From NCBI GenBank assembly GCA_007378985.1, contig VMHB01000005.1, positions 9,235 to 73,234 of the forward strand: a stretch of 64,000 nucleotides of DNA, written 5' to 3'. The position numbers and the translations under genes were made by a program. Each line of letters starts with the position of its first letter. Within the stretch, counting starts at the first letter, position 1. Shown here piece after piece: positions 19,721-28,919 of this stretch. This DNA comes from Parcubacteria group bacterium Greene0714_7 (lineage in GTDB: Bacteria; Patescibacteriota; Minisyncoccia; Phycocordibacterales; Phycocordibacteraceae). Under the pieces are notes generated by a model. It did no database searches, was not told the origin of the DNA, and saw only the letters and a program-made list of their open reading frames with translations.

Positions 19721-22210
19721 TTATTGCGCCCTTCTAAGATCTGGGAAATCTCCTACGGAGCCATCTCTAGGTCGAGCTGTCTCAGTAATGCCTTCACGGA
19801 GAAACTGGAAGATAACTTTTGGTGAGCCATCAGGGTTTCTGTATGCTGCTGCCCCATCTGGATGCGCTGGCGTTGTGTGTAGTTCTTCATAGAAATGCAA
19901 CCAACGACCTAGTTCGCGGATTTGCTCATCACTCAAGATTCCACCAAATTCTGCTTTCAATGCTACAAATCGCACTCCTTCAGTACGGCCCTGAATGAAA
20001 GCCTCAGGAATCCTTGAAAGAAATGTTCTCTCAAGAACTGCTTGTGCATTTGACGATCCTCCCTCTTGAGGAATAATATCGTTTCCAATCAAATACATTT
20101 GATTATTAACAACATCATTTAAGGTACGGCCAATTTCATTTGCTTCCAAGATGCCATTGCCATTTATATCAATACCTGGAACGAAACGATTAGGTCTACC
20201 ATCACCATCTGGATCTACGGCAAAAAGTGGTATCGGATCTTTAGGACTGAGAACACTAATATCAGAGCCGCGGGCAGTGCGTGCACCACCAGTCATCCTC
20301 CATTCTTCACTCGTGCCAGTAACCAAACCGTCAAACTGCTCAGCTGTACGAACAACCTCTGTTCCTCTGTCGGTTACAATAGTTGGTTGAGAGAACTGAT
20401 TGTTTTCAAGATTCAAACAGTGGAAAGTATCTGTTCCTGTGAGGTTGTTGTGAAATCGGAGATACACAAACTTGTAGTCCATGTTTTTTTGGTAATCAAC
20501 CCACGCTGAACGCTCGCTGAGCGCTCTGATCATATACTGACGAGCCTCCTCAAGACTTTCACCTCTGTATTCAAGTATGCGAAGATTCGTAACCTTCATT
20601 TCTGGACCACACGAAGTACAGTCTGAAGCTACAAAGCCAGATTGTTCCGACCAAATAACGCGAGGCACAACAAGTACCGGTCTTTCTGGTGTTGGCGGAG
20701 GCACAAATGCTTCCGGTGGTGGTGCCGTAACTACGGTACTATCGCTATAAAGAGAAAAGTTATAACAATCTTGTTCACCAGAACCATCGGCTTTACCTAT
20801 TGGTATTTCAACCATGACCTCATGCAAAACACCACGTGCATCAGTGTACGAAAAAGGCATTTTTAACGCACGGTATACCGGAGGGTGTTCACCTCTAAAG
20901 CCAGGCTCTCTACTCGCATCAAAAAGAACTCTGTCGATACCATCACCGAGCACGCTGGGGACACCGCGAGTCCTAAATGCCTGCGCTTCCCACTCTCTCC
21001 TAGTAAAATCAACGAACTCCGGACTCTGATTGTTCTTAAAAGCATTTGCTGCTGCAATAAATTCTTCGCGTGCCTCAGGATTCATACCGCCTCGAATCAA
21101 CACGTCTGCCGCTTCACTAATGGAGCGAGGACTCAGTGCTTCTGTGAGACTTCTAGCCCATGGAGCACTTCCGAAATGTGTAATGAGTTGTGTTCGTCCT
21201 ACCTCAGGCGCTCCGCCTGTAGCTGTTTCTATAACTGCACTGCCTGTGCCAGTTGGAACATAACCCGCTCGTACTACTCCTTGCGAACCAGGAGCATGCA
21301 TCTCTGCCGCTGCTGCAGGACCTCCAAGTAATCCCTGTAACGCAACACCAGCTGCTACACCAACCTTTTGCATAAAATCTTGAAATGCCCCAGTACCATG
21401 AGCCAAATAGTCTGCCCATCCTTGCTCCAAACCTATGTGATGTAATCCAGCATCAACACCCTTAGAAGCCCACTGTCCTGCCGAGTGACCAACATGATCT
21501 GGTGTCAATACACCAGTTGTAATAACTGTCGCGGTAGTAAATCCAAGAGAAGCTACTAAGCGAGCGAGTCGTCTGCGTCCTATTGATTTTGCACGGCTAC
21601 GTAGAAGCTCTCGATTTTCTTTCTTAAAATCTTCAATAGTCTGCCCTGCTTTACGCGCAGCAAGTTCTTTTGATGCATACTCTTCTCGAATTCCTTTTGC
21701 TACAGGTTTAATTGCAAAATGCGATGCGACTCCAAAACCTGCACCTGCGGCAACCATTGCATACAAACTCGTGCCACCTAAGTGAAAAGCTGCAGCAAGC
21801 GGTGCAGCAGCCACTGCAGGCACTGCAATACTACCGACAGCAACAGTTGCAGACATCTGCTCTGGAGTAATGTGTTTTCCTGCAATACTTAAATACGGTC
21901 TTGCTTTCCAACTTTCTGCACCCACTGCTCGCTCCGCCGCATCAAGACCTTCTGTTTGAAAAATAAATTGCTTGTACGCTTGAAATGCTGCGCGATATTT
22001 CTGACGAGCTATTACGACCGCTGGATCTGTGTCATTTTTTGCTTTTACAAATACATCATGATAAATCGCTCTCGTAACCTTCACTGGTGCATATGCAGAA
22101 TCTTTGGCTGCACGAGCACGCTCACGCTGGAGTGCGCTTTCAGATTTTCTACGATTGCCCTTTTGATTGGCAATCTCTCGCGGAGCTTCTTCTGCTAAAT
22201 GTGTCGACAT
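19721..22210 (-). CDS. large membrane protein of unknown function with dockerin/EF-hand-like Ca-binding loop (DPDGDG...DINGNG)
   Basis: ORF extends to 22330, but MSTHLAEE at 22210 has an AAGGA upstream and is the likelier start; two hydrophobic segments; no catalytic motif recognised. Confidence 0.45.
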   Translation of the reverse strand: MSTHLAEEAPREIANQKGNRRKSESALQRERARAAKDSAYAPVKVTRAIYHDVFVKAKNDTDPAVVIARQKYRAAFQAYKQFIFQTEGLDAAERAVGAESWKARPYLSIAGKHITPEQMSATVAVGSIAVPAVAAAPLAAAFHLGGTSLYAMVAAGAGFGVASHFAIKPVAKGIREEYASKELAARKAGQTIEDFKKENRELLRSRAKSIGRRRLARLVASLGFTTATVITTGVLTPDHVGHSAGQWASKGVDAGLHHIGLEQGWADYLAHGTGAFQDFMQKVGVAAGVALQGLLGGPAAAAEMHAPGSQGVVRAGYVPTGTGSAVIETATGGAPEVGRTQLITHFGSAPWARSLTEALSPRSISEAADVLIRGGMNPEAREEFIAAANAFKNNQSPEFVDFTRREWEAQAFRTRGVPSVLGDGIDRVLFDASREPGFRGEHPPVYRALKMPFSYTDARGVLHEVMVEIPIGKADGSGEQDCYNFSLYSDSTVVTAPPPEAFVPPPTPERPVLVVPRVIWSEQSGFVASDCTSCGPEMKVTNLRILEYRGESLEEARQYMIRALSERSAWVDYQKNMDYKFVYLRFHNNLTGTDTFHCLNLENNQFSQPTIVTDRGTEVVRTAEQFDGLVTGTSEEWRMTGGARTARGSDISVLSPKDPIPLFAVDPDGDGRPNRFVPGIDINGNGILEANEIGRTLNDVVNNQMYLIGNDIIPQEGGSSNAQAVLERTFLSRIPEAFIQGRTEGVRFVALKAEFGGILSDEQIRELGRWLHFYEELHTTPAHPDGAAAYRNPDGSPKVIFQFLREGITETARPRDGSVGDFPDLRRAQ

Positions 22211-22395
22211 AATTATTTTATATTCCTTAAAAAATGTATGAAAATCCCGATTGGGAATTATTGAGACAGTATCACGCTTAAATGGCTTTGTCAAGTCTGG
22301 TAATGGGCACCTTTCATAGCCGTCTAACATTCAGAGTAATTACGAGAAGGATTAGAAGCTTGACAAGAGCAATCTTATATGATATACAGTGTTTT

Positions 22396-23454
22396 ATGGA
22401 AAACGATTTAAAAAAGACCCAGTCACGCCTCGGGGGCGTTGCAGTACGAGCTCTTGCCATTTTTGGCTTTCTCGCAATTATTATTGTAGGTATGTGGGGC
22501 TCTGTGCAGGTGGCGCGCGGTATCCCAAATGCATTCTCATCATTCGCATCAGCGATTGTGAGCTTTACTTCAATCTTCGTTCCTGCGGGAGAAAAGATTG
22601 CTCTTTCAGCACCTTCGCTCACTATCAATTCAAGCGAACCATTTGTACTTTCATGGACACATGAGAAGAAGAGCATCGAGGGTTCATATACATTCCGCTA
22701 CAACTGTGCGGACGGCGTATCATTCATGAGCGCTTCAACAACGGTCTACTGTAATGTTCCTTTCAATTTCACACACTCAAGCAACCAAATAACTCTCACT
22801 CCCCTTTCAACTAATAACCGATTCGTCGATGTGCAAGTCTTCATCGACTTCACACCAAACGGCGCAAATCGTCCTACTGTTACTGGGCAAACAACATTCA
22901 CTATTCAAAACACAGGAAATGCAACAAGCCCAGGAACGCTCACTCCTACAACTCCAGTAACAACAACACCAACTCCTACAACGCCTGTAGTAACAACCCC
23001 TCGTCCAGTGACCGCAGGCCCAACACAAACTCAGGTCTACCCAATCAACGGAGGTGTAGGTGTCTCTAACCCAAATGGCTATGTTGACCTCACTGCACGC
23101 ATTCTTGAAATTGGTGTCGTGGATAAAAGTTCTGGTGTCTTTACCGCAAGCTCAACTCCAAGCCGTACAAACACTCGTATTGCAGTTCGCTTTGCAGTCG
23201 AAAACATTGGTACAAAAACCTCACCTGAGTTTGACTTCAATGCAGTACTTCCAACACTCCCTGCAAACATCTTCTCAGCACCACTTCAGCAAGCTCTTGC
23301 CCCTGGTGACCGTATTGAATTCACTGTAGGATTTGACAGCTTTGACGCTTCAAAGCCAGACGGACTCTTCGTGGTAAATATTGATCCTGCAGGTCGCATC
23401 AACGAGCGCAACAAGGACAACAACATCGTGAGATACACGATCACAACGAGATAA
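22396..23454 (+). CDS. membrane-anchored protein with Thr/Pro-rich linker and C-terminal CARDB-like domain
   Basis: Start MENDL...; TM helix; TTPTPTTPVVTTP linker; C-term ...NERNKDNN typical of CARDB. Confidence 0.55.
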   Translation: MENDLKKTQSRLGGVAVRALAIFGFLAIIIVGMWGSVQVARGIPNAFSSFASAIVSFTSIFVPAGEKIALSAPSLTINSSEPFVLSWTHEKKSIEGSYTFRYNCADGVSFMSASTTVYCNVPFNFTHSSNQITLTPLSTNNRFVDVQVFIDFTPNGANRPTVTGQTTFTIQNTGNATSPGTLTPTTPVTTTPTPTTPVVTTPRPVTAGPTQTQVYPINGGVGVSNPNGYVDLTARILEIGVVDKSSGVFTASSTPSRTNTRIAVRFAVENIGTKTSPEFDFNAVLPTLPANIFSAPLQQALAPGDRIEFTVGFDSFDASKPDGLFVVNIDPAGRINERNKDNNIVRYTITTR

Positions 23455-23465
23455 TCTGAAGAAGG

Positions 23466-23498
23466 TTTTAGGTGCTAGCTTATAGGTTATAGCTTTTA
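23466..23498 (+). repeat. 7-bp periodic TAGGT/TAGCT array
   Basis: ttaggtgctagcttataggttatagctttt. Confidence 0.55.
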
Positions 23499-23510
23499 AG
23501 AAAGAAAAAT

Positions 23511-23669
23511 ATGACTGACCTCAATAAAGATAAGTCTCCTGTTCGGCAAGAGAAAGAAACCTGTAAAGGCTGTAGTGGTACTGGAGCGATAGAAATGTTT
23601 TCTGTGTACAAAAAATGCCAGAGGTGTAAAGGAACCGGTAAATCCTATCCATATTCACTAGACGATTAA
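23511..23669 (+). CDS. mini zinc-finger protein, 52 aa, two CxxCxGxG motifs (DnaJ CR-type-like)
   Basis: MTDLNKDKSPVRQEKETCKGCSGTGAIEMFSVYKKCQRCKGTGKSYPYSLDD; paralog 100 nt downstream with the same 5' leader and 3' element. Confidence 0.45.
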   Translation: MTDLNKDKSPVRQEKETCKGCSGTGAIEMFSVYKKCQRCKGTGKSYPYSLDD

Positions 23670-23769
23670 TAGCGGGCCACAACCGACGGGTGCGAACTCC
23701 AAGCAAAAAATAAAAGAATTAGTCATTATGAGAAGTAGAATAGATTTTAGTTTTTAAGAAATAAAAAAT

Positions 23770-23904
23770 ATGTCTGACTTCAGTAGAGACCAGCAACCTG
23801 AAAAGAGAGAAAAGTGTAGTACCTGTAAAGGCAACCGTGAAATACCAACCTCATTCGGGTATATCCCATGTGCTGTATGTAGCGGGAGCGGATACAAATC
23901 TTAA
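23770..23904 (+). CDS. mini zinc-finger protein paralog, 44 aa (CSTC...CAVCSGSG)
   Basis: MSDFSRDQQPEKREKCSTCKGNREIPTSFGYIPCAVCSGSGYKS; conserved leader ttttaagaaaNaaaaatATG and 3' CCGACGGGTGCGAACTCCAAGCAAAAAA shared with the upstream copy. Confidence 0.45.
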   Translation: MSDFSRDQQPEKREKCSTCKGNREIPTSFGYIPCAVCSGSGYKS

Positions 23905-23948
23905 AGAAATTCCGACGGGTGCGAACTCCAAGCAAAAAACTCTCCTTC

Positions 23949-23973
23949 ACCGGAGAGTTTTTCTGTTCTCATT
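23949..23973 (+). terminator. rho-independent terminator after the second mini zinc-finger gene
   Basis: ctctccttcaccggagag hairpin followed by TTTTT. Confidence 0.55.
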
Positions 23974-24024
23974 CATGCTCTACCCACTGCTTCCAAAAAC
24001 AATCACAACAGTGAATACTGACGG

Positions 24025-24060
24025 TATAGTATAAATTAACGATCGTTAACTTATACTATA
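24025..24060 (+). repeat. 36-nt near-perfect palindrome TATAGTATAAATTAACGATCGTTAACTTATACTATA (family copy 1)
   Basis: One mismatch; a perfect 52-nt version lies at 31546..31597. Confidence 0.65.
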
Positions 24061-24185
24061 CAGCCTTAAATAACATAAAAAGAAAAATCCAGTGACAATA
24101 GCGCAACCTAGCAATTAAAAACCCTCCTTAATCAGAGAGTTTTTAATTTCTGTATTGATGTTAAAAAGCTAAACGCTAGCCCCTG

Positions 24186-26288
24186 CTATATATCGAGTGT
24201 TGCTGCTTTGGCGTTTGATTGAATAAATGATTTACGCGCAGGAACATCCGTACCCATAAGGATGTCGAATACTCTGTCAGCATCTTGCCCATCTTCAACC
24301 TTCACTTGTTTCAACACACGGCGAGTAGGATCCATAGTAGTCTCCCAGAGCTCTTCTGGGTTCATTTCACCAAGTCCTTTGTAGCGTTGAATAGTTGGCT
24401 TTGCTTGTTTTTTTGTTGCCTTACTTTCAACCTGTTCTTCTGTTTCTTCCTCATCAACTTCCTCCAAAGATTCCTCGGTATTGAACTCCTCGCTCTTGAT
24501 ACCACGAGCCTTTAGAAGATCCTCCAACTCTGCTTCAGTTTGCAAGTAGAAAACTTCCTTCCCAAACTTTGCTTTAAAGAGTGGTGGCTGTGCAATATAC
24601 AAGAATCCGCCGTCAATGACTCCACGGAAATAACGATAAAAGAGTGTCAAAAGAAGTGTGCGAATATGGGCACCGTCAACATCGGCATCGGTTGCAATGA
24701 TTATCTTATGGTAACGAAGTTTTGAAATATCAAACAAATCCCCTATTGCAGTACCCATAGCAATAACGAGATTTTTAATTTCATTTGATGCAAGCATTTT
24801 ATCCAAGCGTGCGCGCTCAACATTCAAAATCTTTCCACGAAGCGGAAGTATTGCCTGTGTACGCCTATCCCGTCCCTGCTTTGATGAGCCCCCTGCTGAA
24901 TCTCCTTCCACAATGAATATCTCAGATTCCCATGCGTTCTTTGTCTGGCAGTCAGCAAGCTTACCGGGCAATGTCATGCCATCCAAGGCACCTTTGCGAA
25001 GCACTGAGTCTTTTGCAGCTTTTGCAGCTTTACGAGCTTTGAGTGCGAGAAGCACCTTCCCAATGATTGAACGCGCTTCATCGGGATGCTCTTCCAAGAA
25101 TATGTTAAACGCTTCACTGAAAACATTCTCAACTGCACCGCGTGCTTCAACTGAACCAAGTTTTCCTTTCGTTTGACCTTCAAATTGAATCTCGCGAAGC
25201 TTAACTGAAATGATGCAGGTAAGTCCTTCCAAAACATCCTCTCCAGTAAAATTTTCATCAGCTTCTTTAACGATATTGTTTTTCCGAGCATAGGTATTGA
25301 GTGTGCGTGTCAAGGCAGTTTTGAAACCAGTAACATGCGTTCCTCCTTCTGCGTTATAGGTGTTGTTAGCAAATGCCGTGATGCGTGCAGAAATATCATC
25401 AACATACTGCAACGCAACTTCTACCTGTACATCGTCCACTTCTTTCTCAACATAAAAAACACTATTGTGAACAGGTTTCTGAAAGCGATTATTAAAGATT
25501 ACAAGTGACTTGAGACCCCCTTCGAAATAAAATGTTTGCGACGGGACCAAGAACCCAAGTTCGCGAAAATAACGCACATCGGCAAGGTCAATTTTTCCCG
25601 GGTATTCACGTGCATCAACAATAGAAATACGCACTGCCTTCACGAGGTACGCCTGTTGGCGTAGGTGTTGCACTATTTTGTTAAAGTCATATTCAATAAC
25701 GGGGAAAATAGTTGGATCAGCCTCGAACGTTATGATAGAGCCTGTAAAATCGGTGGAGCCCACCTTCTTGACGCGAGCGCGAGCTTTGCCACGATCATAC
25801 TCTTGAAGATAGTAGCCACCGTCTTTATGTACTTCAGCTTTTGTATATGTTGATAGTGCATTAACGACTGATGCACCAACACCATGGAGTCCTCCTGACA
25901 CTTTGTAGCCATCACCACCAAATTTGCCACCGGCGTGCAGTGTCGTCATGATAGTCTCGAGTGCCGACACTTTAGTTGTCTTATGAATGTCAACGGGGAT
26001 ACCTCGACCGTTATCGATAACACGGATGCGATTATTGGGAAGTAGAGTTACTTCAATATCGTCCGCAAAACCACCCATCGCCTCGTCGCGTGAGTTATCG
26101 AATATTTCCCAAATGAGGTGATGCAAGCCGTCTAAACCAGTGGTACCGATGTACATTCCAGGACGCTTTCGTACCGGCTCAAGTCCCTCTAGAACAGTAA
26201 TGGATTCCGCACTGTACGTGCCCTCCTTAGCTTTAGCGGCGGAGGGTCCGTCTGATTTTTTAGCTTCTTTTTTAGGAGTTTTTGCCAT
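24186..26288 (-). CDS. gyrB: DNA gyrase subunit B
   Basis: 700 aa; GHKL ATPase, TOPRIM, acidic C-terminal tail; LHAGGKFGGDGYKVSGGLHGVG. Confidence 0.9.
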   Translation of the reverse strand: MAKTPKKEAKKSDGPSAAKAKEGTYSAESITVLEGLEPVRKRPGMYIGTTGLDGLHHLIWEIFDNSRDEAMGGFADDIEVTLLPNNRIRVIDNGRGIPVDIHKTTKVSALETIMTTLHAGGKFGGDGYKVSGGLHGVGASVVNALSTYTKAEVHKDGGYYLQEYDRGKARARVKKVGSTDFTGSIITFEADPTIFPVIEYDFNKIVQHLRQQAYLVKAVRISIVDAREYPGKIDLADVRYFRELGFLVPSQTFYFEGGLKSLVIFNNRFQKPVHNSVFYVEKEVDDVQVEVALQYVDDISARITAFANNTYNAEGGTHVTGFKTALTRTLNTYARKNNIVKEADENFTGEDVLEGLTCIISVKLREIQFEGQTKGKLGSVEARGAVENVFSEAFNIFLEEHPDEARSIIGKVLLALKARKAAKAAKDSVLRKGALDGMTLPGKLADCQTKNAWESEIFIVEGDSAGGSSKQGRDRRTQAILPLRGKILNVERARLDKMLASNEIKNLVIAMGTAIGDLFDISKLRYHKIIIATDADVDGAHIRTLLLTLFYRYFRGVIDGGFLYIAQPPLFKAKFGKEVFYLQTEAELEDLLKARGIKSEEFNTEESLEEVDEEETEEQVESKATKKQAKPTIQRYKGLGEMNPEELWETTMDPTRRVLKQVKVEDGQDADRVFDILMGTDVPARKSFIQSNAKAATLDI

Positions 26289-26369
26289 TTGTTTTAAAGA
26301 AAAATAGCCCGTACGAGCCTGGCTTCAATTGTAGCATATTTCGAAGCCTAATTCGCCTAATTTTAAGCA

Positions 26370-27632
26370 CTAAATACCCCAATTTGCACCTATATCCGAC
26401 CTATACTGCATACCGTCAAATTGCAGAGATTTGACGGTAGTATATGCGTTCGTTTTTGCTTCTTCTGGAGTCACCCCAAGGGCACTCACCCCGAGTACCC
26501 GCCCGCCTGCTGTAACCACTTCTTCCCCTTCCTTTTCAGTACCTGCATAAAATACAACAGCGGAGGAATCTGCAATCGCACTCAAGCCTTTGATGGGAAA
26601 ACCACTCGTGTACTTTCCTGGGTATCCTCCTGATGCAATGATGACAGTACATGCATAGCCTGTATTCCAATGGATTTCACGCCCCGCAAGTTTTCCCTCT
26701 ACACAGTCAAGCATGATGTCTAAAAGGTCGGAGTCGAGGAGTCGCATGTACGATTGCGCTTCAGGATCTCCAAACCGTGCGTTAAATTCAATGACGCGAA
26801 TACCTGCCTTTGTTACCATAAGTCCTGGATACAAGATTCCTACAAAAGGTGCACCTTCTACTGCCATACCTTTCATAACAGGTGCCACTATTTTTTCCTC
26901 AACTTCTTTTAAAAATTCTGCAGAAACCAAGACTGGTGCTATGGCACCCATACCTCCTGTGTTCGCTCCAGTATTCCCATCCCCAGCTCTTTTGTGATCG
27001 CGCGCAACAGGAAAAAGCTTCGCGACTGTTCCGTCACAAAATGCATGTATTGATATCTCGGGCCCTTCTAGAAACTCTTCGAACACAACTGTTTTTCCAG
27101 ATTCCCCAAATACCTCATCAACCATAAACGAACTGAGGGTTTTCTCGGCTTCTTCGTGTGTCTGTGCAATCACTACACCTTTCCCAAGCGCTAGTCCATC
27201 TGCCTTTATAACCATAGGCAACGCTTGAGTCTTCGAATACGCGAGTGCTTCATTGAATGTAGAAAATGTTGCAGACAGTGCTGTTGGAATACCATGGCGA
27301 TTCATAAAATCTTTAGAGAATGCCTTTGACCATTCAAGCTTTGCTGCTGATTTTGTAGGACCAAATGCGAGAATACCAGCAGAGTGCAGAGAATCTACAA
27401 TGCCTGAAGCTAAAAAGTCATCGGGGCCAATAACCACGAGCCCAATGTCTTTCTCTTTGCAAAAATTAATGACCTCTTTGTGATTTTGGGTATCAATTGA
27501 GACATTAGTTCCTACGAGTAGAGTTCCTGCATTCCCTGGTGCTATAAACAACCCTGAACAGCGAGGTGACTGAGAAATCTTCCATGCAAGTGCATGCTCT
27601 CTTCCGCCACTACCAATAACGAGAACGTTCAT
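26370..27632 (-). CDS. purD: phosphoribosylamine-glycine ligase
   Basis: 420 aa; MNVLVIGSGGREHALAWK N-terminus; ATP-grasp. Confidence 0.9.
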   Translation of the reverse strand: MNVLVIGSGGREHALAWKISQSPRCSGLFIAPGNAGTLLVGTNVSIDTQNHKEVINFCKEKDIGLVVIGPDDFLASGIVDSLHSAGILAFGPTKSAAKLEWSKAFSKDFMNRHGIPTALSATFSTFNEALAYSKTQALPMVIKADGLALGKGVVIAQTHEEAEKTLSSFMVDEVFGESGKTVVFEEFLEGPEISIHAFCDGTVAKLFPVARDHKRAGDGNTGANTGGMGAIAPVLVSAEFLKEVEEKIVAPVMKGMAVEGAPFVGILYPGLMVTKAGIRVIEFNARFGDPEAQSYMRLLDSDLLDIMLDCVEGKLAGREIHWNTGYACTVIIASGGYPGKYTSGFPIKGLSAIADSSAVVFYAGTEKEGEEVVTAGGRVLGVSALGVTPEEAKTNAYTTVKSLQFDGMQYRSDIGANWGI

Positions 27633-27646
27633 ATACGAATACTATA

Positions 27647-28477
27647 CTAACGATCCTTCCTAACAGCGACTTCCATTTGAGGGAAAGGAATTTCTATTTT
27701 TTCAGTTTCTAGGGTTTCCTTAATTTTTTCAACTACCATGAATAACGTGGCTCGTTCTTTGTCTGCATTATCAACCCACACACGAGCCAACATATTAATA
27801 GCAGAGTCACCGAAACCTTCTGCAACAACGGTTGGAGGAGGATCTTTACGTACACCTTTAATTTCAGATAACGCCTGAATTAACACTCCACGCACCCGCG
27901 GAATGGACTCCCTATAGGCGATTCCGAACGGCACAACAATGCGAAGCTCTCCATGTGAAGAGTGATTGACTAACACCTCGTTTGCAATCTTTTGATTTGG
28001 AATGACCACGAATGTGTTATCGAGTGTACGAATGCGTGTTGTGCGCATAGTTATTTTTTGTACTCTTCCGTACATATTGCCGACTGTAATCCATTGCCCA
28101 ATCTTAAATGGCTTATCTATATAAATGAGAACGCCTGAAATAATATTGGCAAGCGTATCCTGCGCAGCAAATCCAAGTGCAATACCCGCGATACCCAAGC
28201 CTGCAACTACTGCGGTGAGATTGATACCAAGCTGACCCGCAGCTATGACGACAGCAATAATAAAGAGAATGACGCGATAGACGGTATTTACCAGAAGTTC
28301 TGCATTTGCTGTCTGTACACCTCGCCATGCCAAGAGTCGCATAAGCGGACGCTGTGTTACACGGTAGATAATCCAAAAAATAAACAGTACAAAAAATGCC
28401 GACAACAAGTGAGGCAAAGAAACGGTCAGTGCTGATGTGAAGCCTTCAAAGTTGAGGGCTTTGTTAATCGTGTCCAT
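27647..28477 (-). CDS. small-conductance mechanosensitive channel (MscS family)
   Basis: 276 aa; three TM helices then GQWITVGN...GRVQKITMRTTRIRTLDNTFVVIPN. Confidence 0.85.
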   Translation of the reverse strand: MDTINKALNFEGFTSALTVSLPHLLSAFFVLFIFWIIYRVTQRPLMRLLAWRGVQTANAELLVNTVYRVILFIIAVVIAAGQLGINLTAVVAGLGIAGIALGFAAQDTLANIISGVLIYIDKPFKIGQWITVGNMYGRVQKITMRTTRIRTLDNTFVVIPNQKIANEVLVNHSSHGELRIVVPFGIAYRESIPRVRGVLIQALSEIKGVRKDPPPTVVAEGFGDSAINMLARVWVDNADKERATLFMVVEKIKETLETEKIEIPFPQMEVAVRKDR

Positions 28478-28530
28478 CTTTCGAGCGTATCATAAATTAC
28501 CCATTTACGCTGACATATATCTACACAAAG

Positions 28531-28914
28531 TTATAGATTTTTATCTAAGAAGCTTTTCAATGCTTCCAAGTCTCTCTTTTCTTTATCGTAATGATAGGCA
28601 GATATACCAACAGATGTGGCGCTTTTCACTGCTTCCTCATTGTGTTCAAAATACACAACATCATCTTTGTCTAAATTGAACTCAGTAAGTAATGTTTTAA
28701 AGTATGAGGGATCTGTCTTTTCGGGTTCATGCTTCTGCGTAAACAATTCATACGGAAGGTTACGTAAACCAAACTCATCCATCTGCGCATCGTTCGCATT
28801 TGTAAGAATGATTTTTTTGTTGGGGTATGCGTCGAGCATGTCCTGCATGGCGTGAAAAATGCCACTATTTTGTATCACGAAGGTATTTACAGCATCAACT
28901 AAAATAGTTTTCAT
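28531..28914 (-). CDS. hypothetical protein, possible degenerate HAD-like hydrolase
   Basis: Likely start MKTILVDAVNTF; weak resemblance to HAD motifs only. Confidence 0.3.
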   Translation of the reverse strand: MKTILVDAVNTFVIQNSGIFHAMQDMLDAYPNKKIILTNANDAQMDEFGLRNLPYELFTQKHEPEKTDPSYFKTLLTEFNLDKDDVVYFEHNEEAVKSATSVGISAYHYDKEKRDLEALKSFLDKNL

Positions 28915-28919
28915 ATATG

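Noticed and set aside
22282-22395. N-terminal 38 codons of ORF 22282..23454 and N-terminal 40 codons of ORF 19721..22330
   Set aside because: These extensions overlap each other divergently. Internal Met codons (22396 and 22210) give sensible TM or SD-preceded starts, and the intervening DNA is more plausibly a divergent promoter region.
23511-23973. Stop-codon readthrough or alternative genetic code to explain the in-frame conserved 3' element after the mini zinc-finger genes
   Set aside because: gdh and other genes terminate normally with TGA/TAA/TAG, so the standard code is in use. Copy 1 has two consecutive stops. The in-frame coincidence may simply reflect duplication of the whole unit.
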